Below are positions 28,486-38,078 of a DNA stretch of 47,783 nt, one piece after another. Source of the DNA: Pseudomonadota bacterium (lineage in GTDB: Bacteria > Bdellovibrionota_B > Oligoflexia > Silvanigrellales > Silvanigrellaceae); contig JBDLRP010000018.1 of the NCBI GenBank assembly GCA_039799905.1, positions 1-47,783 of the forward strand, in the 5' to 3' direction. Positions within the stretch are counted from its first letter, which is position 1. Every line of letters begins with the position of its first letter. A model generated the notes under the pieces. The model did no database searches and was not told where the DNA came from. It worked only from the letters and a program-made list of their open reading frames with translations. Position numbers and translations under genes: made by a program.

Positions 28486-30996
28486 ATGTCTCTGTACAGG
28501 TTTGCCGTATACCCATGTCTGGCTTTGATTGCTGCATGCGGAACCTCAAGGTCAACGCGCAATTCACTTTGCAGCAACGTTAAGGCTGTTGTTGACACGA
28601 AGGTGGCACCGCCCGTTGCCAACAAGGACTACGATCCGAGTGCTGCACTCCTGCTATTCAAGGCAACATCCGACAAGTTGGCGCTCGAATCGCGTTGCAA
28701 TGCCCGGCTCGTACAAAGATTAAACGTCAAGCAAATCAAAACGAACGGCGCCCTCGAAGAAGCCAGCGCACCTATCCAATTCGAAAAGCTCAAACTTCAA
28801 CTCGAGACGGGTGAAAACAACCTTGAACTGCACACGTCGGCACATTGCTTTTTTCGGGTGTGGGATTCAAGATCGGAAAATCAGCTGAAGAACAACCCTG
28901 CAATCGGCATCGAACCAATCCGCAGCATGCTGCAGAACCTCAACACGCGCTATCAACTTTACAAATCGATGCTGACTTCACCGCAGCAGCTTGTGGTGTT
29001 TGCAAAAGATGGCACACCGGTCACATTCAATTACACCTTGCAGACAACTCCCATTTACGAAAGTTTTTTTGCCGAGGTCGATAAAAAAAGGTCGCGGGAA
29101 TTTGAGGCTGTCATCGGCAGGGAGTTGAGCAAGAGCTCCGTACTTCTCGATGAGCTTGTTCTCCATGAATGCAGAGCCGATGAGAAGAATATTCGAAGGC
29201 TACTGGACGAAGAGGAGCGTGCTGGTGTCACAAACGAAACGTCGTTCGCATTTTATCTGCAGAAAAATGCGAACAACAAAGTACTCCAGGATGTGGTCCG
29301 CTCGCGCGCCTTCACGTCGGGAAGGCATGAGTTGTGTTTTTCGCAGACCGACATGGTTGTTGCGCCAATCCGTCTCTCAGGGGTAGTCTCCGCCCAGCAG
29401 CAGGCAGTTCTTGAGGCTATCAGCCAGGCACAAACAGCAGACATCGACAGATTCGACGCCGTCACCAAAAACAAGACAACCGACGCGTTCATCGTAAAAA
29501 TAGAGAGCGGTAAAGCCGTCGTGACACAACCAACTCCCGCTGGATTCACTGAATGTGAGCATAGCGCAGTTTATCCAGGCTATTCAGTGGCAAATATTTT
29601 CGCACAAAGTCTTGAGAAAAATTACTACCCGCGCTGGAACTTCGACACAATCAACCGGTCGCAGATGCACACACTTTTCGACTCGCTTTTTCCAAAGTAC
29701 AGTCCAAAACCATTTTCAGGGGTTGAGTTTGGCAACGCAATCACTCAGGCGGTGCGAGCATCCCTCTGCACGCTTATCGGTAAAAACCACGACTCATCAG
29801 GAAATTGTACGACTGTCGACGATGAACTCATAGGCCGCTGTCCGTCATCCACTACTTTTGTGGAAAGGAACCATGCCTACATTGCCAAAAGCCTTCACAT
29901 CGCATCCACTTCGCCGTTGCATATGCTCAGGCGCATGCGCGACGACAGTCCGCTGGCGCTCACTCTGCCTCTGGTTGCACTGCGTGATTTCATTGATTCA
30001 GGCTGCGATTCTCAAAACAATTGCTCGTCTGAGGCAATTCAGCTGAAAGACGTTTTTAGAATTCTTGACTCACAGACTGTCACTACCGCCTCAGGCATTC
30101 AATTTGCACCAACAGTGGCACTCGATGGCTTCAGCATTATCAACTATGACGAAGACCATCAGTTTCATTGCAGCTTTACTCCACGCAATAACCGCGACCA
30201 ATCGAACTTGGCATTCCAGGCATTCGCGAAAGACTCTGAGCAAATCCTTGCTCAGGGTATCAGCGATGGCCAAAGCACAACATCTTTCAGGCACCGCTTT
30301 GGTGCGCGCTTCTTATACCTGAAGTGTGTCGCTGCAGGTTACCAGAGAATGTACAACACCGCAGATACAGTTCATGGACTTGTTCAAAATTTGAAATTCT
30401 TGGACGTCTCTTTCGTTCAGTCAGCAGTGCCGGCTATCAATGGTAAACACCAATTGAGCAATTCAGAAATTCTCACTTCGGGTGTTCCGCAAAAATTCCC
30501 ATTCGCGCGGCTTTTTTTCAAAGACTCCATCATAAACGAGAGTCCTCCCGAACTCGCAGCCCGTCTCCTTGCCGGACCTCACGTGAGAATAAATTTTTGT
30601 GATGCGGGTCGAAGCGCCGCGGATGAAGGCAACGGACTCGGAAACCTCAGTTTCTGCAAGCCCGAAATCAACCCGAACTTAGATTTAAAAAACTTCGAGA
30701 GCGAACTTCAAAACGTTCCGGCACACATCACGTTCCTGACTCAGTTGCCAGGCTGGCTGCAGGAAAAAGAACGCAGCAAGTACGGCTCGATCATTTATCC
30801 GGAAGAAAATTTCTCTGCCGATTCGGCCCGCTACTTTTTCACCGCCGGCGACAGCGGTACAACCATTTCAGCTTTTGGCTTATTTCCAGTCATGATGCTG
30901 AGCACGGTTCAAGATCGCCCTGTCTCGGGTGGTCTTGCCGTCGTTCCCACCTCCGGCGGGCAACAGGTGCAAAGCGGACAAAACAACTGCAAATGA
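28486..30996 (+). CDS. Large lipoprotein with dispersed trypsin-like motifs
   Basis: Lipobox IAAC, TSAHCF near the N-terminus, AGDSG near the C-terminus, many Cys. Confidence 0.7.
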   Translation: MSLYRFAVYPCLALIAACGTSRSTRNSLCSNVKAVVDTKVAPPVANKDYDPSAALLLFKATSDKLALESRCNARLVQRLNVKQIKTNGALEEASAPIQFEKLKLQLETGENNLELHTSAHCFFRVWDSRSENQLKNNPAIGIEPIRSMLQNLNTRYQLYKSMLTSPQQLVVFAKDGTPVTFNYTLQTTPIYESFFAEVDKKRSREFEAVIGRELSKSSVLLDELVLHECRADEKNIRRLLDEEERAGVTNETSFAFYLQKNANNKVLQDVVRSRAFTSGRHELCFSQTDMVVAPIRLSGVVSAQQQAVLEAISQAQTADIDRFDAVTKNKTTDAFIVKIESGKAVVTQPTPAGFTECEHSAVYPGYSVANIFAQSLEKNYYPRWNFDTINRSQMHTLFDSLFPKYSPKPFSGVEFGNAITQAVRASLCTLIGKNHDSSGNCTTVDDELIGRCPSSTTFVERNHAYIAKSLHIASTSPLHMLRRMRDDSPLALTLPLVALRDFIDSGCDSQNNCSSEAIQLKDVFRILDSQTVTTASGIQFAPTVALDGFSIINYDEDHQFHCSFTPRNNRDQSNLAFQAFAKDSEQILAQGISDGQSTTSFRHRFGARFLYLKCVAAGYQRMYNTADTVHGLVQNLKFLDVSFVQSAVPAINGKHQLSNSEILTSGVPQKFPFARLFFKDSIINESPPELAARLLAGPHVRINFCDAGRSAADEGNGLGNLSFCKPEINPNLDLKNFESELQNVPAHITFLTQLPGWLQEKERSKYGSIIYPEENFSADSARYFFTAGDSGTTISAFGLFPVMMLSTVQDRPVSGGLAVVPTSGGQQVQSGQNNCK

Positions 30997-31094
30997 TCAG
31001 ACTAAGTGACATACCGAATGCAATAAAAATTTGATGCCCGAGCCGAACATTAGCATGTCCAGCCCGGGTCGATGACTCTCGTGCTCAGGAATTT

Positions 31095-32237
31095 TTAGAA
31101 GCAACTTTCCTGACGGATCGGGGTACAGTAACGCTCGATTTGTCCAAAATCGAGTGCAAAATCAACTTGCAAAGCATGATCGTTGTAGTCTGTGTCAATT
31201 TGCCCCGATGTCGACGACGAACCGCTCTTGAGTCCAAAAATCGGTGAGTAGCCATTTCCACCATTTCCACCAACCGCAACGGAAGAGGACGGCGCGGAAA
31301 TCTGGTTCTTCACATCACGTTCACAGGTCTGCGTTGTCTGCAGATTTCCTGCTTTGAAAATGTCGGTCAACGGCGAATAATTGAAACCACCAATTGCTGC
31401 ACCACCGTTGGCCACAGGCCCCTGACCGCCGGTTGCGCTGCCATTGACACCCTGATCAATCTCACCCTTTTGGAAACACAACCAGCGTCCCTCACGTCCA
31501 AGCTCGTCCTGCATTTGATCGTGCGCCTGAGGCCCCAGAACATCAGAAACAGCAGACGACATATCCGGATATTTGCTGTCGTTGATTCGAATGTTGCGGT
31601 TATTCCAAATGGCGTTGACCTGCAGCTTGTCGACACACAGCGCATTTTGATTGATCGCTGAACCCGTCACTTGCGTCAGCGTTGCTCCGCCGCCATCGCC
31701 TCTCGCAGTGCCGTCTGCCGAAACACCACCATTGTGGTTGTTGATTGAATTCGATGAAATTCGGTAAATACGGGCATCCTGATCGGATGAATTCACGCAA
31801 TAATTTCCGTTGTTCACTGAGGAATTGGACACGGCTACAGCATCACCGCCACGCCCTGCGGGAGATCCATCGGCGAGTTTTTTGAAGTGATTCACTTTAC
31901 GGGTGTCGCTCGTGAAATCGGTCAACGAATTTCCCCAAGACCACAAGCCTGCAACTCCGAAGTGCCCTTTCCAGAAGCGTGCGTTTCCGCAGACACGATG
32001 GCCGTGACACAGCCGTCCGTCTTTCCACTCGAAGATGTTGATGGTTGACGCTGACGGAATCTGATAGGAACCTTCATGACAGTTCAGAAACATCGTTATT
32101 TCACGACCGGCGGTCTTACCACTCGTATCCTGCATGCGCAGGACCAAATCCTTGCACTCACCATATGCGAGCTGTCCGTATGCTACAGCGAGCAAGAAAG
32201 TACATGCGCGGGCGGTCTTCAGGTTCAATTCAAGCAT
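31095..32237 (-). CDS. Secreted Gly/Asn/Ser-rich hypothetical protein
   Basis: AGGAGG RBS, signal peptide ending AYG, repeated GG-rich segments, many Cys. Confidence 0.7.
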   Translation of the reverse strand: MLELNLKTARACTFLLAVAYGQLAYGECKDLVLRMQDTSGKTAGREITMFLNCHEGSYQIPSASTINIFEWKDGRLCHGHRVCGNARFWKGHFGVAGLWSWGNSLTDFTSDTRKVNHFKKLADGSPAGRGGDAVAVSNSSVNNGNYCVNSSDQDARIYRISSNSINNHNGGVSADGTARGDGGGATLTQVTGSAINQNALCVDKLQVNAIWNNRNIRINDSKYPDMSSAVSDVLGPQAHDQMQDELGREGRWLCFQKGEIDQGVNGSATGGQGPVANGGAAIGGFNYSPLTDIFKAGNLQTTQTCERDVKNQISAPSSSVAVGGNGGNGYSPIFGLKSGSSSTSGQIDTDYNDHALQVDFALDFGQIERYCTPIRQESCF

Positions 32238-32400
32238 CGGCAATCCTCCTTGTTGTTCAACGGCCAATCAGACGATTTACTGCGATGACTCAATACAAAA
32301 CACTTTTTGTTCTTTCGGGTCGGATACTGGACGAAAGACAAACCGTGAGTCAAATTGAACAACAAAGTCTTTCCTTATTCTCATGGTTGCGGAGACTCTC

Positions 32401-33078
32401 ATGTCGCCACCGGTCAAATCCTACGCCTGCACGAATCCACTTTTGGGTGAATACGTTTACAACTGTTTTCAGCCAGAGGATGAAAATCTTGCTGAAGTTC
32501 GCCGGCGCGCCGCACAACTGAAACTTCCCAACATTCACGTGGGAGCAATGGACGGACTTCATCTTGAAGTCATCCTGCGCGCCACAGGCGCAAGGAAGGT
32601 TGTCGAAATCGGAGCTCTCGCAGGCTATTCAGGTTTGTGTATTGCCCGCGCTCTGCCTGCCGACGGACATCTTTATACCTTTGAATATTACGAGAAGAAT
32701 GCGGCAGTGTGTATAGAGACATTTGCCAAGAACAATGTGTCGGACAAAGTCACGGTCATTCAGGGTCCTGCGCTCTCAAACCTTGCGCTTGTCGAGCAAC
32801 ACGGCCCCTTCGACGCTATGTTTATTGATGCCGACAAAAGCAATTACCCTGAATATCTTGACTGGGCCGAAAAGAATCTGCGCATCGGCGGCACGCTCAT
32901 CGCAGACAATACCTTCGCGTGGGGACTCATTCTACAATCCGAATTTGATACCGAGGCGCAAAGAAATGATGCGAACGCAGTTCTTCTTTTCAACAAGCGC
33001 GTCGCTGAAAGCCCGCGCTGGCGCGCAACCCTGTTGCCCACAGGCGAAGGACTCACGCTGGCTGTCAGGGTATCCTAA
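32401..33078 (+). CDS. Class I SAM-dependent O-methyltransferase (caffeoyl-CoA OMT-like)
   Basis: VEIGALAGYS, FIDADKSNY, LIADN. Confidence 0.9.
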   Translation: MSPPVKSYACTNPLLGEYVYNCFQPEDENLAEVRRRAAQLKLPNIHVGAMDGLHLEVILRATGARKVVEIGALAGYSGLCIARALPADGHLYTFEYYEKNAAVCIETFAKNNVSDKVTVIQGPALSNLALVEQHGPFDAMFIDADKSNYPEYLDWAEKNLRIGGTLIADNTFAWGLILQSEFDTEAQRNDANAVLLFNKRVAESPRWRATLLPTGEGLTLAVRVS

Positions 33079-33136
33079 AAAGGGCTGTTGGCTTGCCTGC
33101 TCAAACAGCAGCAATCATTGTTGGAGACACATTGAC

Positions 33137-34531
33137 CTAAAGCGACCACGCCCTCAGATAACTGCCATCAGGATCATAATCTGACTGCTGCTTTTGAGTG
33201 TTGAACTTGCGGCCGCCGCGCGGATCAAAGCTGACTCCCGCAATATAGGCCCAATTCCCCCAGTTGCTGGCCACGTCATAGTCCACTAAGAGCGATTCAA
33301 AAATCCACGCACCAACTGTCCACGGTATCTGCATATCGTGGATCATAAAACTGGCAACATTCTGCCTGCCTCGATTGGACATAAATCCAGTCTGAATCAG
33401 CTCTCGCAGGTTGGCATCGATGAACGAATTTCCGCTCCGGCATGCCAGAACGTCGGCGATTTTTTGCTCAACACCTTGTCCGTCGGTGGCTGTTTCATCG
33501 AATACTTGCCGACGGGACAGCCCCTCGGGAAAAAAGAATAGTTTGCCTGAACGAAACAGATGCAATTTGAAAAAGTCACGCCACAGAAGTTCAAAGATGA
33601 CCCAGTATGTGCTTTTATTGGCGCCATTGAGCTGCTCGTAGCGCCTGATCTCCTGAAAAACCTTCAGCGGCGAGAGACAACCGTTTGCAAGCCACGCCGA
33701 AAACAAGGTTGAGTCTGCCGGGCACAGCATGCCATTGCGTGTCTCGTAATAACTCGAAACCTTTTTGCTGATAAAAAGATAATGCTCGACTCTTTGCAGC
33801 GCCGCATCAATTCCACCCTGCAGGATTGCAGATTTATCGGCGGGTGCATTCATCTTGCGGACACGCTCAAAAACAGCAATTTCATTTGGCAAGATCTGCA
33901 TCAGATTTGGCGCAAACGATTTAACCCCAATCAAGAACGCTTCAGAGACATCTGATATCCGCACGCCAGCTGTCTTCAACGACAAATGAGCAGGCTGTTC
34001 CGCCGCTGCGGGCGCATCATCAGAGCGTACGAGCGCATCCAATCCGCGCTTTTCGACCTTGGTGCGAAACTCTGTGAATGTCTGCGGCATCTGTGACAAG
34101 GAAAACGGCAGGGCATCCGGCGGGATCAAAAACTGCGACCAGCCATTGCTAATTTTAAATCCCTGTTTGTGGCCGGCAAGAATCAATTCGCTTTCGATGC
34201 CGCGCTCCTCAGGAGCGCATTCATTGCAAAAGTGAAGGCTGCTAATGTCGTTTTCAGACATGACTTCGGGGATGACCTTCTCCGGAGGTCCATGCAATTC
34301 GACGAGCGTATAACCGCGGCGGCGGAGCTGAAGGCGTAGATTTTCGAGCGACTGCGCAAGAAACCTGCGGCGATGCCAACCAAGGCGTGGAAGTCCGGCT
34401 TCTGTTACCTTCATCTGCCGCGGATCGTGAATATAAACGAATGCAATCTCTCGCGCCTGTTTCATTGCAGACTCGAGGACAGAATTTTCAGTCAACCGCA
34501 GATCACTGCGAAACCAATAAAGAGTTTTCAT
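33137..34531 (-). CDS. Cryptochrome DASH / photolyase family
   Basis: WFRSDLR, ETRNGM, ELLWRDFF, MSNRGRQNVASF, DYDVASNWGNW, KQQSDYDPDG. Confidence 0.9.
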   Translation of the reverse strand: MKTLYWFRSDLRLTENSVLESAMKQAREIAFVYIHDPRQMKVTEAGLPRLGWHRRRFLAQSLENLRLQLRRRGYTLVELHGPPEKVIPEVMSENDISSLHFCNECAPEERGIESELILAGHKQGFKISNGWSQFLIPPDALPFSLSQMPQTFTEFRTKVEKRGLDALVRSDDAPAAAEQPAHLSLKTAGVRISDVSEAFLIGVKSFAPNLMQILPNEIAVFERVRKMNAPADKSAILQGGIDAALQRVEHYLFISKKVSSYYETRNGMLCPADSTLFSAWLANGCLSPLKVFQEIRRYEQLNGANKSTYWVIFELLWRDFFKLHLFRSGKLFFFPEGLSRRQVFDETATDGQGVEQKIADVLACRSGNSFIDANLRELIQTGFMSNRGRQNVASFMIHDMQIPWTVGAWIFESLLVDYDVASNWGNWAYIAGVSFDPRGGRKFNTQKQQSDYDPDGSYLRAWSL

Positions 34532-34602
34532 CCAGTCATTACCTGCGACAAATTTTGGTTGTTGCGCCTTCCAAGTGTACACTCAAGGAAAGGAGAGTGC
34601 AT

Positions 34603-35460
34603 ATGAAAGTACGTCAGGTTGCTCGAATTCTTCAGTCACAGGCCGTCTCGGAAGGCGCCGGTGTTACCGTCCGGCGCAGCATCGGCACGCAAGCAATCCG
34701 AAATCTGGATCCTTTTTTAATGCTCGATCATTTCGGCAGCGACAATCCAAACGAATATATTGCCGGCTTTCCAGATCATCCCCATCGTGGTTTTGTGACG
34801 TTCACCTACATGCTCGACGGCCATATGCTCCATCAAGACAGCATGGGCAACCGCGGAGATCTGCGAGCAGGAGGAGCGCAATGGATGAAAGCGGCCGCAG
34901 GCGTGATCCATTCCGAAATGCCGCAACAGAGTCAGGGACTCATGCGCGGCTTTCAGCTTTGGATAAATCTTCCCGCACGTGAAAAAATGACTCCGCCGGA
35001 ATATCAGGAATTCACTCCCGAGGCGATTCCCGAAATCGAAGCCGACGGTGCGCGAATCCGCATCCTTGCCGGCGAACACGCGGGAAACAGCGGCGTCATC
35101 CAAGACCCGTTCAGCAAGGTCAAATATCTCGACGTACGCTTGTCTGCTCATTCATCCTTCACGACAAACGTTCCGTCAGGGTTCAATGCCTTCGCCTACG
35201 TCTTTGAAGGAGATGCTCGCAGTGAAAACACCGCTCTGCCAAAGCATTCTTTCGTATTGTTTGGAGACGGAGAATCAGTCACCATTCATAGTGATGGGCA
35301 TGACACAAGATTCATTTTGGTTGCGGGTCAGCCACTCAACGAACCGATTGTGCAATACGGTCCCTTCGTAATGAACACGCGTGCCGAAATCGAACAGGCA
35401 TTTGCTGATTTTCAGTCGGGAAAATTCGCTCGCATCAAAGCCGACGTCAAAGGACATTAA
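34603..35460 (+). CDS. Pirin family protein
   Basis: DPFLMLDH, GFPDHPHRGF, HSEMP, QLWINLP, YGPFVMNT. AGGAG RBS. Confidence 0.93.
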   Translation: MKVRQVARILQSQAVSEGAGVTVRRSIGTQAIRNLDPFLMLDHFGSDNPNEYIAGFPDHPHRGFVTFTYMLDGHMLHQDSMGNRGDLRAGGAQWMKAAAGVIHSEMPQQSQGLMRGFQLWINLPAREKMTPPEYQEFTPEAIPEIEADGARIRILAGEHAGNSGVIQDPFSKVKYLDVRLSAHSSFTTNVPSGFNAFAYVFEGDARSENTALPKHSFVLFGDGESVTIHSDGHDTRFILVAGQPLNEPIVQYGPFVMNTRAEIEQAFADFQSGKFARIKADVKGH

Positions 35461-36269
35461 ACCGCGGCAAGCGGTGACCAAATGCGAATGTCGTCAATCT
35501 CGGCGGCTGTTGGCGCCCTGCGTTGCCAACCGGCCTTCAACGGCCGCTCAGACTCACAGCGCCATGCAGGCTGAATCCGTTTTTCGCGCGCGAATTTGAG
35601 CCTCTGAACACCACTCATCCGCCTGTCTGCCAGCCAACTTTGCCATTCTTCCTGCGCAATCACAATCAACCCTCGGTCATGACCGTGAGAGTGCACGAAT
35701 CGATCCGGTGCATCGGTCAGCAATGTGAATGTCGGAATAATCTCACCACTCGCAGGGTCAACCCAGTCATTGTAGAGTCCAAGAGCAAACAAAAAAGAAC
35801 CCTCGCGCGGCGAAAAGCGGACGATGTGGCCAGCACTCAAGCCAAAATAACAGGACTCCACCGCTGCCGAGATTGGCACCAAACATGTCTGACCCGAGTT
35901 GAACGCATCGCGAAAACTCGGGACGGAATAGATGCATTCCTCGACTGGGTTTCCTTTTTCATCGCAGACGACCTGACTGTTTTTTGCCCCATCAACGCGC
36001 GTTCGCTTTGGCCGAGACAGGCGCGCATTGTAAGTTTCAAAACTGAATGGCCATTGTTTCGACCAAGCCGGACAGAGTGAAAAATATTTTTCCTCGACGA
36101 CACATTTTCCGGCTCCGTCGGCAAATACAACCGGAGCCCGCTCATTCTTTAAAAATCCGTGGGCCCGCAGATCAATCCCCTTGGAATCGCATCCGGTTGG
36201 GTCGCGCAGTTCCGGAAAATATCGCCCGATTTCACGCGGGCTGCTCTGCAAAGAAATAATGCTACACAT
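35457..36269 (-). CDS. SRAP (YedK/HMCES-like) abasic-site protection protein
   Basis: Start gives Met-Cys (catalytic Cys2). YNAR, PSFRDAF...CLVP, ALGLY..W, TFTLLT, HDR. Confidence 0.8.
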   Translation of the reverse strand: MCSIISLQSSPREIGRYFPELRDPTGCDSKGIDLRAHGFLKNERAPVVFADGAGKCVVEEKYFSLCPAWSKQWPFSFETYNARLSRPKRTRVDGAKNSQVVCDEKGNPVEECIYSVPSFRDAFNSGQTCLVPISAAVESCYFGLSAGHIVRFSPREGSFLFALGLYNDWVDPASGEIIPTFTLLTDAPDRFVHSHGHDRGLIVIAQEEWQSWLADRRMSGVQRLKFAREKRIQPAWRCESERPLKAGWQRRAPTAAEIDDIRIWSPLAAV

Positions 36270-36386
36270 AAAAATCAATCATTCCAATGCTTTATCTAGA
36301 GTCAAAAGTCCTGATTCTAATATAGGACAAAAATCTTCCGAATCATTGCACAAGACGAGTGCGGGACCGAGGAGACCACTCCGGAA

Positions 36387-38003
36387 ATGAAAATTTGCGC
36401 TGGCATAATGGCTTTCAGCCTTTTGCTGTTCGGATGCAAGGAAGCTTCCGAACAGGCGCAATTTCTGCATTCCACCACCTCGCGAGCAAACGAATCCCGT
36501 TATCTTTCAAAGGGTCTGGTGCGACTGACGACAGCTTACACGATCGATAACAATCAGTTCAATTCCACATGTTCGGCAGCGCTCATACACACCCCTGAAG
36601 CATCGCTGAATTACTGCGTTGCCGTCAGCGCGGCACACTGTTTTCAGAACATTCCCAAGAGCGCCCAACACTCGATCGAAGTCCTCGACAGAACTGGAAT
36701 TGTCATCAAATCTTACCGTGCCGCCGAGATTTACACTCACCCTGAATTCGTTGCGTCAGATGGCCCGCAGACTGCAGAACAAGCGGCAAACGATGTTGCC
36801 CTTATAGAATTCAAGTGTTCATTGCCCAATGGCATACAGCCAAGCAAAATTTTGGATATCTCCCAACTTCCAGCAAATGCATCGGTAACAGTCGCAAGTC
36901 ATGAACGCCTGCCTGAGCAAAAGCAGGAACGCGAAAATTTTGTCAGCAGATTCCTATTTCCCGATAGTGCAAAGACTCCAGCTCCCGCCGCCCGCCTTCA
37001 GCTCCGCTCACTGCAGGTGCTGAGTACAGATTTTCCGATGACCGATAAAAAATATCCTGCACAACAGCTGGCCGGCTTCCTCTCGCTCGAACAAAATTCA
37101 GAACTGACAGCCTGCAGCGGCCACTCGGGTGCTCCAGCATTTTTTGAGCACGGCAACGAAATTTTTCTGGTTGCAACTGCCAGCTCGGGGCAAGGCTTCT
37201 GCGATGGAAATAATTTGCGTTTTACCCTGATGTCTCCACATGCCGATTGGATCAACAAAACCATGGAACACAAATTTGTGGTTCCTGCCCTGCTGCGCCC
37301 GAAAAAAGCAGAACCCCAAAAGACTGAGATTTCTGCAGTGCCGAATGAAGACCTGGAAGTGATTTCCCCAATTGCAGTGGCGACGGCTGCATCTACTTTT
37401 GCGACACCCTCCGCTGTCGTGGTTGATACCGCACCTGCTGCTGCAAAGCCCACTCCCGCTTCATTAAAACCTTCAGCTGCTCGAACAACACCCCCCGCTG
37501 ACGCCAAACCCGCAGCTGCGCTTGTGAGGCTCAACGCAGCTGCTGCGATAATTCCTCAGAAGCTTCCGACCGCGAATCCTGCGATTCGAAAACGAGTCGA
37601 AAAAGTCAAACCGGCCGAGGCAGACGTGAAAATAGAGTCTGTTGCGGAGACTCCTGCGGTTCGGCCTGTCGTTCGGCCAACGGTTCCTCCCATTCCTCCG
37701 CCTCCGCCCGAGTCATCAAACAGCGAATGTCTTGCCGTGCGTTTGAGCGCAGAATCCAAGTCACGCGTCTGGGGCACGGTCCTCAAGCTCGTCGACAAAG
37801 AATCGTCTCTGATTGTGGATGACTCGCTCAAATGTGACTTTCCCAATGACGGAGAAATTTGCGTTGTCGCAAATCCGGTGGCAACCGGTACCGGATTTGC
37901 GCGCGCCGTACTGTCGCAGGGAATCAATTTTGCTGGCTGCGAGAAGTTTTATTCCGGCCGGACCATTTATCTCGACGCAGCTGATTTCAAAATCCTTCCC
38001 TAG
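36387..38003 (+). CDS. Trypsin-like (S1) serine protease lipoprotein with Pro/Ala linker and C-terminal Cys domain
   Basis: Lipobox LFGC. CSAALI, SAAHC, NDVAL, CSGHSGAP. Confidence 0.82.
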   Translation: MKICAGIMAFSLLLFGCKEASEQAQFLHSTTSRANESRYLSKGLVRLTTAYTIDNNQFNSTCSAALIHTPEASLNYCVAVSAAHCFQNIPKSAQHSIEVLDRTGIVIKSYRAAEIYTHPEFVASDGPQTAEQAANDVALIEFKCSLPNGIQPSKILDISQLPANASVTVASHERLPEQKQERENFVSRFLFPDSAKTPAPAARLQLRSLQVLSTDFPMTDKKYPAQQLAGFLSLEQNSELTACSGHSGAPAFFEHGNEIFLVATASSGQGFCDGNNLRFTLMSPHADWINKTMEHKFVVPALLRPKKAEPQKTEISAVPNEDLEVISPIAVATAASTFATPSAVVVDTAPAAAKPTPASLKPSAARTTPPADAKPAAALVRLNAAAAIIPQKLPTANPAIRKRVEKVKPAEADVKIESVAETPAVRPVVRPTVPPIPPPPPESSNSECLAVRLSAESKSRVWGTVLKLVDKESSLIVDDSLKCDFPNDGEICVVANPVATGTGFARAVLSQGINFAGCEKFYSGRTIYLDAADFKILP

Positions 38004-38078
38004 AAAAAAGCACAGTCATTTCCTGACGACCTGATTGTTTTAAGTTTGATTATCCCCTAAAATCCCAACAATAACAGA

